Positions 30,017-39,467 of a stretch of DNA of 64,000 nt are shown here, piece by piece. Within the stretch, counting starts at the first letter, position 1. Every line of letters starts with the position of its first letter. This stretch comes from Nitrospirota bacterium (GTDB lineage: Bacteria > Nitrospirota > UBA9217). The position numbers were made by a program, and so were the translations under genes. The notes beneath the pieces were generated by a model. The model saw nothing but the letters and a program-made list of their open reading frames with translations. It ran no database searches and was not told where the DNA came from. Location of the stretch: NCBI GenBank assembly GCA_963749655.1, contig CAVVOB010000018.1, forward strand, positions 96,001-160,000, read 5' to 3'.

Positions 30017-31000
30017 CTATTTCCGTTTCGCCTTTGCCCGCTCGCGCGGGAACATGCCCGGCGACGTAATGTCCTGCATGCGCCGCCGGCGCATCATCTC
30101 CAGGAGCTCGGGCGAGGACACGCCGCCCCTGAATCCCTCCGGATAGCCATACAACTTCCAGAACTCCTCGTCCACGAGCATCCACTCTTCGTCGATCACG
30201 TCGGCTACTCCGTCGCGGGGCGTGGTCACAAAGTTCGACCGCGCCAGCGTCAGGAAGCGTCCCTCCGGCGAGAGCAGTCCGAGGTCCGCGCAGAATGAAT
30301 GGCTCGGCCTGCCGAGGTCGAAATACCAGTTCCCGGCCCGCTCGAACACTTCCTGGTCGAAATACCCGAGGGCGTTCCGCCCGTCGAACTGTATGCCCGT
30401 AATGTCGTAGATCCGGACGCAGAGCTTGCTGCCCCAGCCGAACCACGCTTTCTCCCGCTCCAGCCGGCCGGGTGTCGCTTCCCAGTAGGCATGGACAACG
30501 AAGGGATCGCGCGTCATCAGTACGATGCGGTCATGACCGTACTCACGGGCAAGTTCGCCGTGCTCGGCCACGGTCATCTGCGGCGCCGACCCGGTATAGT
30601 ATTTGGACTCCGAAATGCGCTCCTGCGCCAGGAGCGGCTCCTCTACCTTGGGCGGGTTCTTCCAGTCATGGACCGGCGGAACGACCGCACCGCGGACCTT
30701 CTGCATTCCCGCCCGGTCGGCGGCCGGCTTGCGGGCCGCTCCGGGATTGGCGGAACCAGCGGTTGCTTTTTCCGCCAGCGGCGCACGCTTCACGGCGGAT
30801 TTCGCTCCTGCCGGTCGTTTCCCGGCAGGTGCAGTTTTTTTCACCGCGGCCGCAGCCGGCTTTTTTGTGCTCTTTTCCGCAGCCATCAGCGCGGCGACGA
30901 TGTCACTCTTTTTATCTTGTGCAGACAGGGACACTTTCTTCTTCTTGGCCAGGGCTTTGAGTTCAGCCACAGTCATTGCTGTCAATTCGGTTCTTTTCAT
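30017..31000 (-). CDS. DUF4912 protein with Rho-N-like N-terminus and K/A-rich linker
   Basis: 'L..MTVAELKALAK', 'YG.DRIVLMTRDPF..HAYWE', 'RIYDITG', 'ARSN.VTTP'; usual neighbour of GH57. Confidence 0.85.
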   Translation of the reverse strand: MKRTELTAMTVAELKALAKKKKVSLSAQDKKSDIVAALMAAEKSTKKPAAAAVKKTAPAGKRPAGAKSAVKRAPLAEKATAGSANPGAARKPAADRAGMQKVRGAVVPPVHDWKNPPKVEEPLLAQERISESKYYTGSAPQMTVAEHGELAREYGHDRIVLMTRDPFVVHAYWEATPGRLEREKAWFGWGSKLCVRIYDITGIQFDGRNALGYFDQEVFERAGNWYFDLGRPSHSFCADLGLLSPEGRFLTLARSNFVTTPRDGVADVIDEEWMLVDEEFWKLYGYPEGFRGGVSSPELLEMMRRRRMQDITSPGMFPRERAKAKRK

Positions 31001-31045
31001 CTCAAATCCCCCTTCCTGAATAATTGAGTGCCTGCGTACTTCTCA

Positions 31046-31131
31046 ACTATAGCACAATTGCCTCTGTTGTCAAACTGAATTCGTCCTGTTTTCAAAGGAC
31101 TTTTGACAAAAAACCCAAAAGACCTTATACT
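31046..31131. promoter_or_regulatory. Divergent sigma70 promoters (DUF4912 operon and fabF)
   Basis: Minus strand: TTGACA-16-TATAGT (31046-31073). Plus strand: TTGACA-17-TATACT (31103-31131), 7 nt before the fabF ATG. Confidence 0.75.
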
Positions 31132-31138
31132 GCGACGC

Positions 31139-32380
31139 ATGAAACCGCGCGTCGTTATAACGGGCATCGGCATGGTCACGCCCCTGGGCAATTCCGCTGA
31201 AGAAACCTGGCGCGGCCTGGCCAGGGGCGCCTCGGGCTCAGGAACTATCTCGAAATTCGACGCATCGGCATATTCAAGCCGCATTTCCTGCGAACTCAAG
31301 GGCTTCGATGCCGCCCGGTTTCTGACTCCCAAGGAAACGCACCGGACAGACCCTTTCATCCAGTACGCCGTAGCTGCGGCGTCCATGGCCCTGGAGAATG
31401 CCCGCTTCGCTCCTGCTTCGGACTCCCGGCTCAGAACCGGCGTCCTCATAGGATCGGGCCGGGGCGGAGTGACCACCGTGGAAAAGAACATGGCCAGCCT
31501 CGCTGCCCGGGGGCCGAAAGCTGTTTCCCCTTTTTTCACCCCCCTGTCGCTGCCGAACATGGCAGCGGCCTTCGTTGCCATAAAGTTTGGCGCACAGGGA
31601 CCGTGCCTCGACGTCTCGACGGCCTGCTCCACCGGGACCCATGCCCTGGGCGAAGCAATGAAGATCATCCAGCGCGGGGACGCTGACGTCATGATCGCCG
31701 GCGGAAGCGAGGCGCCGATCACTCCGCTCATTCTCGCCGGCTTCTGCCAGGCAAAAGCCTTGTCCCGCCGCAACAGCGAGCCGGAGCGGGCAAGCAGACC
31801 CTTTGACCTGCACCGCGACGGGTTTGTCCTGTCCGAAGGAGCCGCTGTTCTCGTCCTGGAGACGCTGCATCATGCAGAGCGGCGAGGCGCCCCGATTCTT
31901 GCGGAAATGGCGGGATACGGCCTTTCGTCGGATGCATACCACCTTACCCGGCCCGATCCGGAAGGAGAAGGCTCCTCCCGCGCCATGTCGCTGGCCCTCT
32001 CCGATGCCGGCCTCGTTGCCGCAGAAGTGGATTATGTAAATGCTCACGGAACATCAACACAGCCGAACGACAGGATCGAGACGCTGGCGCTGAAGAGGAC
32101 CTTTGGAGATCATGCACGAAAGCTCGTTCTGTCCTCGACCAAATCCATGCTCGGTCACGCCCTCGGCGCCGCCGGCGCCATTGAAGCCGCGGTCACGGTC
32201 CTGGCGATCCGCGACGGAATCGTCCCGCCCACGATCAATCTCGACCACCCCGATCCCGAATGCGACCTCGACTATGTTCCCAACAGTGCCCGGCCGCTGC
32301 GGATCGGGACAGCCCTTTCAAACTCCCTCGGTTTCGGCGGGATGAACGCCGCCCTTGTACTGAAAAAATTTTCCGGCTGA
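31139..32380 (+). CDS. fabF: Beta-ketoacyl-ACP synthase II
   Basis: 'RVVITGIG', catalytic 'TACST', 'NAHGTST', 'KSMLGH', 'SNSLGFGG.N'. Confidence 0.93.
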   Translation: MKPRVVITGIGMVTPLGNSAEETWRGLARGASGSGTISKFDASAYSSRISCELKGFDAARFLTPKETHRTDPFIQYAVAAASMALENARFAPASDSRLRTGVLIGSGRGGVTTVEKNMASLAARGPKAVSPFFTPLSLPNMAAAFVAIKFGAQGPCLDVSTACSTGTHALGEAMKIIQRGDADVMIAGGSEAPITPLILAGFCQAKALSRRNSEPERASRPFDLHRDGFVLSEGAAVLVLETLHHAERRGAPILAEMAGYGLSSDAYHLTRPDPEGEGSSRAMSLALSDAGLVAAEVDYVNAHGTSTQPNDRIETLALKRTFGDHARKLVLSSTKSMLGHALGAAGAIEAAVTVLAIRDGIVPPTINLDHPDPECDLDYVPNSARPLRIGTALSNSLGFGGMNAALVLKKFSG

Positions 32381-32695
32381 CGACTTCGTCCCTCGGCTAT
32401 TTTGCATGTGCCGACGCGGCGGGATATGAATCGTACTTCATCCGCGTCCGGAACAACAACCTCGCAATCCCGCGCCTTGGCATCCCCCGGCTCCTGCCGG
32501 AGGGGGCTCCACTTGCCGCCCAGAAGCTCTCCTGGCGCCCCTTTCCCGGCACAGGCAAGCCCTCCGGAACAGCGAAAAAAACAACCCGATGCAAAAAATT
32601 AATGATAGAGCGTCTCAATAAATCCGGCATCGACAAAAAGTAATTTAGTTTGGCAATAAATAACAGTCGCCGCAATGGCTGACATAAATCTGCTA

Positions 32696-32725
32696 TTGAC
32701 TACGCATACCAAAGTATGTAATAAT
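32696..32725 (+). promoter_or_regulatory. Probable promoter of the dodecaheme cytochrome with a small operator palindrome
   Basis: TTGACT-18-AATAAT with extended TG; CATAC-caaa-GTATG inverted repeat in the spacer. Confidence 0.45.
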
Positions 32726-32782
32726 CGCGACCGCAAAAATCAATATTCATCATTTTAAATACCAGAATCGTAAGGAGGAGCA

Positions 32783-33646
32783 ATGAAACGGAACACCTGT
32801 CGTAAAATGCTGCTGTGGTTGCTGTCTATCGTGATTTTGTCTCTCTCACTCGCTGCACTGGCGAACGCCGATGAGCCCAAAAAGCCCAACGGCTTGAGCT
32901 CGAACGATTGTTCGAAGTGCCATGCCAGCCAACCGGCCGATATTGATGCAAACGGCGGGAAACACAAGTCGAAGATATCCTGCCAGGACTGCCATGCAGG
33001 CCATCGTCCGACATCAAAAAACAACATTCCTGTTTGCAGCCAGTGCCATCAGGGGAAGCCGCATTTCGACAGCCTCAAGGGGAAATGCCTGACATGCCAC
33101 ACCAATCCGCATACGCCCTTGAAGATAACCTTCACGCAACCCCAGACCGACGCCTGCCTCACCTGCCATACCGCGCAGATCAAGCAGCTGCGTGAAAACA
33201 AGAGCAAACACTCCACCCAGAACTGTACGAACTGCCACGGCGTTCACCGCGTGAAGCCGGCGTGCACGCAGTGCCACAAGCCGCACTCGTCCGACATCAC
33301 GGCGGCTGACTGCACGAAGTGCCATAAGGCCCACATGCCCAAGGTCGTGGCCTACGCTTCCGACACCGATTCGAAGTTCTGCGCTGCCTGCCACCGGAAC
33401 CAGTATAATATGCTGGTCGCTTCCAAGGTCAAGCACAGCACATTCAACTGCGCCTTCTGTCATCAGGACAAGCACAAGATGATCCCCAAGTGCCAGGACT
33501 GCCACGGCGCCAAGCATCCGGCTTCCATTATGGCCAAGTTCACAAGGTGCGGAGACTGCCATAAGATCGCCCACGACCTCAACAACTGGACGTCGGCGCC
33601 TGCTGCGGCAACCGGCGCTCCGAAAGCAAAAAAGAAGACACGTTAG
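32783..33646 (+). CDS. Periplasmic dodecaheme cytochrome c (3 tandem tetraheme repeats)
   Basis: Signal peptide; 12 CxxCH and 12 additional His; SD AAGGAGG. Confidence 0.93.
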   Translation: MKRNTCRKMLLWLLSIVILSLSLAALANADEPKKPNGLSSNDCSKCHASQPADIDANGGKHKSKISCQDCHAGHRPTSKNNIPVCSQCHQGKPHFDSLKGKCLTCHTNPHTPLKITFTQPQTDACLTCHTAQIKQLRENKSKHSTQNCTNCHGVHRVKPACTQCHKPHSSDITAADCTKCHKAHMPKVVAYASDTDSKFCAACHRNQYNMLVASKVKHSTFNCAFCHQDKHKMIPKCQDCHGAKHPASIMAKFTRCGDCHKIAHDLNNWTSAPAAATGAPKAKKKTR

Positions 33647-33674
33647 TACTGAACAGCCATAGATTTTGACCTCG

Positions 33675-33717
33675 AAAGCAGAAGGGGCCTCAAGCCCCTT
33701 CTGCTTTTTTCTTTTTT
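33675..33717 (+). terminator. Intrinsic terminator
   Basis: AAAGCAGAAGGGGC-ctcaa-GCCCCTTCTGCTTT followed by T tracts. Confidence 0.9.
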
Positions 33718-33921
33718 CAGGACCTACAGGAGAAAAACGATAAGCCGGGAGGGGTGGGCAGCTGAAGCCCCGGTGCAGAGGGTCGCTCCCGCATACGTCC
33801 CCTGTTGATATTAAAGCTCTATTTATCAATGAGTAACCTGTTCCGATTCGAAATATCCCTCTTCAGGTACGATCTTTTATAATTTAGCAACTTGTAAATA
33901 GCTCAAATTAAATAAAATTGC

Positions 33922-33950
33922 TTGACATATAAAATTATAGCTACTACACT
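33922..33950 (+). promoter_or_regulatory. Near-consensus sigma70 promoter
   Basis: TTGACA-17-TACACT with an AT-rich UP-like region. Confidence 0.7.
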
Positions 33951-34009
33951 ACATGAACCTGCGATTAACGATCACCCGGGCATTGATAAAACCAAGAGGA
34001 GGCAAGACC

Positions 34010-34189
34010 GTGAAAACGACTACTCCGACTCCCGAATCCCTATCGTCAGCATCAGCCAGACAGCCTGTTTTATCAGCCCAACTTTCCAGCCAGAAAATAG
34101 TCGCCAAAGCGGCAGCCGCCCTTAATCATCTCACTCAGCAATTCCAGCTGAAAAAGGCCCGCAGCCCGAAAAAGACAGGTCATGCCTAA
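34010..34189 (+). CDS. Putative 59-aa basic small protein
   Basis: GTG start 7 nt after AGAGGAGG, downstream of a strong promoter; no recognisable family. Confidence 0.45.
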   Translation: MKTTTPTPESLSSASARQPVLSAQLSSQKIVAKAAAALNHLTQQFQLKKARSPKKTGHA

Positions 34190-34803
34190 CAAATTATAGG
34201 CATTCCCTTGTGTGACCCAGACCCCGGTTGTCAGACCTGTGCCGGATCAATCGGGCCGCATCCATACTCCTTCGACCAGCCTGAAAAGCATCTCGTTTCT
34301 TCGTATCGCAGCAGATCAATGCGTTCGTCCTGACAATTATTCACACCATGATGTTTCCTGCATTTCCTTCATTTTAAACCTCCGTTTTCTCTGCTGAGTA
34401 AAAGGACGGAGTACTCTGAAATATCCTTGCGCTGTATTTCGGAATACCGCTGGTTCGGAGGATCGACTGAAGATTCCCTTGCATCTCTTGGTAGAATCGG
34501 TCGCTCCTTGAGGAAAACCGGGCGTTTGGATATGTCATCCGGCGTGTTCATTTATAAAAATCACGAGGTCAATTTAAAAAAACCGGAGACAGGTTCCTGA
34601 TGTAGCGGCGTACGTCTGGTTCGGTGATCGGCTGTGTGGGATTCTGCATAGTGCCCTCTTGGAACGGACAGGTTTTTCTTATCGGCACAAGGGGGGAAAC
34701 TTTAGGACGGATAAAGACCCGGCAACGATCCTTTTTGTAGTGGTTCAGGAATGCAAGCCCTTCAGAGGGGAAACAGAAGCGGATACCTCTTCCAGACGGC
34801 CTC

Positions 34804-37422
34804 TCATCGGCCCGTCACTTCTGCCGCGTCTGCAAGTTCGTACTTACCCTCGAGAAACGACCGGACGTAGCGCTCCACGGCCCTGTCGTCGTTCAGTACG
34901 GCGTCCAGCTGCCGGGTGTAGGAAAAGAGCCGGCCGAGCTGGTCGAGGACCTTTACGGCGTCCTCCTGCTGAATGTTCGCAAGCCGGGCAAGGATGAGGT
35001 CCCCTTTGGTTTTGATGTTGAATCCGTACTCCTCCAGGATCGCGGCGATGAGCTGCAGCCGCCGCGAGCGCTTGGTCATGTCGGTTGCGCCGCCGGCGAA
35101 GCGGAAATAGATGTGGTTGTTCCTTGCCTGTTCGCTGCAGAAGCAGTCCATGACTATGAAGTGATATCCGAACTTGAGACTGATATTGGCATATTCCCGG
35201 GAGATGACCGCCATGTTCTGCTCCACACGGCCTGCCGGGCCCGCTGTAATGTCCGGCACGCGGAGCATACTCGTCATGAAATCGTTCATCCCGAGGGGAA
35301 CTGCGTCGGAACGCCAGAGCCCCGGGAGCGTCATGCCGTTGATAACGGCACGGAGCGGAATGGAGGAGATCTGCCCGGCGGTTACCTGGTCGTGGTTTTC
35401 AGGATTGTCAACCCCTCCGCCGATGTCGATCAGCATGATGCCTGCGGGGACGGACAGGTCGAGTCTGACGGCTCCGGACCGGACGCCCCGGCGCGCCCCG
35501 TCGATCAGCGCCGCTACGGACTTTTCGTGGATGAAGCGAAGGACGTCGTGCAGAGTCCTGCAGGCCTTGGGTGTAAATTCATCCCGCAGGGGATCGACAA
35601 GGTTCAGCGGCGTGATGGAGCGAAGCAGATACCGCTTCCTGCGGAACTCGTAGACGTTTTCCATCCTGCGCGCGTTCCGGTCGGCCCGGGCGACCAGGTC
35701 GGGGACGATCCCGCCGTAGATCGCCGACCTGTTGTCGTCTCCGGCAACAACGGTGACGGGCTGCCCGTGCTTCAGGCTCTCGGTGGCCCCGGACAGACCC
35801 ACGATGGTCGGGATTCTCAGCTCCCGGCACAGCGCGGCCATGTGGCTTGTCTGCGACCCCCGCTCGGTGATGATGGCCGAAACGTAGGGCATGGTGGATG
35901 CAAAGAGGGATGAGTCGCTGGGCGCCACGAGGACGACGCCTTTGGGCAGGTTCAGGATGTCCGCCGGCTTTCTGACAATGAAGACCTTGCCTGCCCCGGT
36001 GCCGCGCTGCACCACGGTACCGCGGTCCTGCAGGAGGACGGGATGGGCGCCGGCTGGATCGAGGTTCGCGGTCCCATTGGCTGACGCAGGCGGGTCGCTT
36101 CTGTCTTGCACGGCCAGCGGCCGCGCCTGGAGTACGAAGAACTTCCCCCTGGAGTCAATGGCCCATTCGATGTCGCGCGCCGATCCAAAATACCGCTCGA
36201 TTGCCATGGCATGGCGGGCGACGGCCGCCGCCGTTTCCGGGGACAGACAGGTCCGGTCCCGGAGCTCCTCGGGAGTCCTGATCTCCTCCGTCTCCCCCTT
36301 CCCGGCCATGCGTATCATGGATTCCTTCCTGCCGGGGGTCACCCACTTGAGCACCGGTTCCTTCCTCTTGCTCACGACATAGAGGTCCGCTTCCGCCCGG
36401 CCCTCGACAACGGCCTCGCCCAGTCCCCAGACAGCATTGATGATCAGGGTGTTCGCATCGCCCTCCGGTGTCGTCGTATAGATGACGCCGCTCGATGCGG
36501 CATCGACCATGACCATGCAGGCCACTGCCATTCTCATGTCCCGGATGCCGTAGCCCAGGCGCGCCTGATAGGCCGCCGCCGGTTCCGAAAAAAGACTGGC
36601 GATCACTTTGCGGTAAGCCTTTTCGATCTCGCCGGGATCGAGGGGAACGTTCAGGACGGTCTCGAACTGTCCGGCAAAGGAGAAGTCTCCATCCTCTTCC
36701 CCGGCGCTGCTCCTGACGGCAAGGGAGCAGCCCTCGCCGCAGCGAGCACGAAGCTTCTTCACGGTCTTCTCGATGGCGCGGCTGACCGGGGCGGGCATCG
36801 TTCCGTGCAGCATCAGCTCGCGGATCTCGTGCAGTACGGACGGGAGGATCGGAGCGCCGGGCCCGGGAAGCGCGATCTTTTCGAAAATGCGGTTCTCCTG
36901 CAGAAAGGCATCGAAAGCGGCCGTGGTAACGGCAAAGGCATCGGGAACCGCGAGACCGATCGCATTGCGGACCTCTGCCAGGCTCGCGTTTTTCCCCCCG
37001 ACAACGCGCGTCATGTCGGCGGTTATCCTGTCGTAGGTCAAGATAAAGGGTTCTGAAGCCGAGGGGGTCTCGTCAATGACCGTCCGGATCCTTTCATCGA
37101 TCTCCCGAAACCGGCCCTCCAGGCCGCTGAAGCGGCGGCCGGTCAGGTCGGCGAAGAGCCGGAGCGAATTCTCCATCTCCGCCCGGAGACGGGAATAGGA
37201 GCCGTTGACATAGACAATGTCGAACAGGTAGTCACCGCCCAGTTTCTCGCCCATGTCCGTGATGGTTTCGAGCGCCCTGTTGTTGCTGTCGAGTACGCTC
37301 CGGAAGCGGTCGAAGAGGGCCCGGAACTCGGCCGGATCCGCCGACGCCTTCCCGCGGAAGAGCGTCCGGGACAGTGACGAGTAGAGTGTCTGTATGATCA
37401 TCGAATGTTTCATGGCACTCAT
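34804..37422 (-). CDS. PEP-synthase/PPDK-like dikinase (ATP-grasp plus His swivel) with a non-canonical C-terminal domain
   Basis: 'VGGKNASL', 'AVRSSAGEED..SFAGQF', 'DIEWA', 'LQARP', 'TERGSQTSHMAALCRE'; no pyruvate-binding barrel motifs. Confidence 0.85.
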   Translation of the reverse strand: MSAMKHSMIIQTLYSSLSRTLFRGKASADPAEFRALFDRFRSVLDSNNRALETITDMGEKLGGDYLFDIVYVNGSYSRLRAEMENSLRLFADLTGRRFSGLEGRFREIDERIRTVIDETPSASEPFILTYDRITADMTRVVGGKNASLAEVRNAIGLAVPDAFAVTTAAFDAFLQENRIFEKIALPGPGAPILPSVLHEIRELMLHGTMPAPVSRAIEKTVKKLRARCGEGCSLAVRSSAGEEDGDFSFAGQFETVLNVPLDPGEIEKAYRKVIASLFSEPAAAYQARLGYGIRDMRMAVACMVMVDAASSGVIYTTTPEGDANTLIINAVWGLGEAVVEGRAEADLYVVSKRKEPVLKWVTPGRKESMIRMAGKGETEEIRTPEELRDRTCLSPETAAAVARHAMAIERYFGSARDIEWAIDSRGKFFVLQARPLAVQDRSDPPASANGTANLDPAGAHPVLLQDRGTVVQRGTGAGKVFIVRKPADILNLPKGVVLVAPSDSSLFASTMPYVSAIITERGSQTSHMAALCRELRIPTIVGLSGATESLKHGQPVTVVAGDDNRSAIYGGIVPDLVARADRNARRMENVYEFRRKRYLLRSITPLNLVDPLRDEFTPKACRTLHDVLRFIHEKSVAALIDGARRGVRSGAVRLDLSVPAGIMLIDIGGGVDNPENHDQVTAGQISSIPLRAVINGMTLPGLWRSDAVPLGMNDFMTSMLRVPDITAGPAGRVEQNMAVISREYANISLKFGYHFIVMDCFCSEQARNNHIYFRFAGGATDMTKRSRRLQLIAAILEEYGFNIKTKGDLILARLANIQQEDAVKVLDQLGRLFSYTRQLDAVLNDDRAVERYVRSFLEGKYELADAAEVTGR

Positions 37423-37565
37423 AACTCAAAAGTTAGAATTCAGAAGTCAGAAACCAGAATGCACATCGCAAAACCGAGAACTCGAAGCTGATTATTTTCC
37501 TCAGCCCTCTGCCCGGGGCCCCATGCTTCTCAACTCAAAACTCGAAACTAAAAACTCAAAACTGC
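37421..37565. repeat. Heptamer repeat arrays (RR-dikinase spacer)
   Basis: AAGTTAG/AATTCAG/AAGTCAG/AAACCAG and AACTCAA/AACTCGA/AACTAAA/AACTCAA arrays. Confidence 0.7.
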
Positions 37566-37567
37566 CG

Positions 37568-37933
37568 TTATTTCGCCAGCGCCCGCTTGATTGATTCTTT
37601 CAATTCCTTGATCCTGACGGGTTTTGGGAAAAAATCATGCACGTCGCCGCGCAGCGCCTCGATGGCCGCGTCGAGGTTCGCAAAGGCGGTGATCATGATC
37701 ACCGTCGTCCCCGGGTATTCCCGTTTGACGGTCCGGAGAACCTCCATGCCGTCGATGCCTTTCATCTTGTAGTCGGTGACCACGACCTGAAATTTTTTTT
37801 CCTTCAGCCTGGCCAGGGCCGGTTCGGCGTTCAGGAAGGTCTCGACATCGTACCCTTCCTGTTCGAGCGACAGCTTCGCCATGTCGCCCACGATCTTTTC
37901 GTCGTCAATGACCATGATGCTGTATTTATCCAT
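37568..37933 (-). CDS. Single-domain response regulator (receiver)
   Basis: 'VIDDE', 'VVTDYKM..IDG', 'MITAF', 'PKP'; start overlaps the kinase stop. Confidence 0.9.
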   Translation of the reverse strand: MDKYSIMVIDDEKIVGDMAKLSLEQEGYDVETFLNAEPALARLKEKKFQVVVTDYKMKGIDGMEVLRTVKREYPGTTVIMITAFANLDAAIEALRGDVHDFFPKPVRIKELKESIKRALAK

Positions 37934-39338
37934 CATTCCTCTCCTCGTGGTGATATTTCGGCAGCTCGACGGTAAAGGTCGTGCCGACGCCCACCTTGCT
38001 CTCCACCCTGATCTCTCCTTTATGATTCTTAATGATACCATAGCTGACCGACAGCCCCAGACCCGTTCCGCCCTCGCCCTTGGTGCTGAAGAAAGGATCG
38101 AAAATGTGGGGCAAATACTCCGGTGGGATGCCCTTGCCCGTATCCTTGACCGTGACCTCGACGGTTTCGCCGCTCTTCCCCGGCCGCGACGCAATATAAA
38201 GCCTTCCGCCTGCGTTCATGGCCTGGACGGCGTTGGTGATGAGATTGACGAAGACCTGCTGGATCTGGTGTTCGTCGAGGGAGAGATGGGGCAGACCCTC
38301 TTCGAGATTCACCGTCGTCTCGATGTTCTGCACGTCGATCATGTTCTGGACCAGCGTGAGGGTCTTCTGGATGACGGCGTTGATATCCGCCTCCCTCGGA
38401 TTCGCGTCCTTGGGTTTGGAAAAATCCAGGAGGTTCTTGACGATCTTGCGGATCCTTTCCGTTTCAGCGTCGACCTTCAGCATGAACCCGCGCCGGTCCG
38501 TTTCGTCCAGGTTCCCGTACAGCTCGTCGTAGGTCTGCGCGATCATGGAGATGTTGTTCAGGGGATTTGTGATCTCATGCGCAACGCCCGCCGTAAGAAT
38601 GCCGAGGGAGGCCAGCTTCTTGGACTGGATGATCTCCTCTTCGCGGTGGGCAAGCTCCTCGGACATGGAATTGACGGCCGTGATGACCGAACCGAGCTCG
38701 TCGTTCGACCGGAACCCTTCGATGTGGTGGAAATTTCCTTCCGAAATGGACCGCGTCATCCGCTCGATCTCCCGCAGGGACCGCACGATCTTCTGCGAGA
38801 TGAAATGGCTGATCAGGAGCGCGGAAGCCAGGATCGCCCAGAAGGAAAAAATAAGGATGCGCTTCGAACTCAGGATGATGTCGTTCACGCGCCGCCGTTC
38901 GAGCTGGGTGATCGAGTCAGAATATTCTTTCAGCTTCCTGCCGTCAAGGCGGATCCTTGCCTCGAGATCCAGGCCCGGAGCATTTCCCCTCCCCGTTGCC
39001 CTGACGGCGTCCGCATAGGACCGGAGCAGGGCTTCCAGCTTCCGGAGGTCCGTTTCTCCGATCGCCGGGATGATGTCCCCTTTCGCCGATTCAAGGGTAG
39101 CCTGGGCTGAGGCGATTTTCCCCTGGATCTCCGCGAGCGCCTTTCTGTCGTGGTAGAGAAAATAGTTCTTTTCCGACAGGCGCATCTCGAGGAACGACGC
39201 GTTCAGATCGTCGGCGATCTCCACGAACCGCAGCTTCGTCAGGACCAGGTTCATGTTCTGAAAGGCGAAAAAGCCGATCAGGATGATGAAGGCCCCGTTG
39301 ATGACATTCGAGAGGATAAGCTTGTTTTCGATCTTCAT
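37926..39338 (-). CDS. Sensor histidine kinase (2 TM, helical sensor, HAMP, HisKA, HATPase)
   Basis: 'LEMRLSEKNYFL', 'AHEITNPL', 'NLITNAVQA', 'DTGKGI', 'GTGLGL'. Confidence 0.93.
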   Translation of the reverse strand: MKIENKLILSNVINGAFIILIGFFAFQNMNLVLTKLRFVEIADDLNASFLEMRLSEKNYFLYHDRKALAEIQGKIASAQATLESAKGDIIPAIGETDLRKLEALLRSYADAVRATGRGNAPGLDLEARIRLDGRKLKEYSDSITQLERRRVNDIILSSKRILIFSFWAILASALLISHFISQKIVRSLREIERMTRSISEGNFHHIEGFRSNDELGSVITAVNSMSEELAHREEEIIQSKKLASLGILTAGVAHEITNPLNNISMIAQTYDELYGNLDETDRRGFMLKVDAETERIRKIVKNLLDFSKPKDANPREADINAVIQKTLTLVQNMIDVQNIETTVNLEEGLPHLSLDEHQIQQVFVNLITNAVQAMNAGGRLYIASRPGKSGETVEVTVKDTGKGIPPEYLPHIFDPFFSTKGEGGTGLGLSVSYGIIKNHKGEIRVESKVGVGTTFTVELPKYHHEERNDG

Positions 39339-39354
39339 GAACAATTTAGCATAG

Positions 39355-39465
39355 TGCACGGCGCATGGTAACTTCCGCAAAGAGCATAGGGCATGGCGCA
39401 TGAAGAGAGGTATCCCTCTGCCCTCTGCCCTAACTCAAAACTAAAAACTAAGAACCAGAAACTGC
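39355..39465. repeat. Heptamer repeat arrays
   Basis: GCATAGG/GCATGGC-type and AACTCAA/AACTAAA/AACTAAG units. Confidence 0.6.
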
Positions 39466-39467
39466 TT

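Noticed and set aside
34190-34800. Riboswitch or known ncRNA in the long gap
   Set aside because: I could not recognise any c-di-GMP, SAM, TPP, cobalamin or other conserved core; an Rfam scan is needed.
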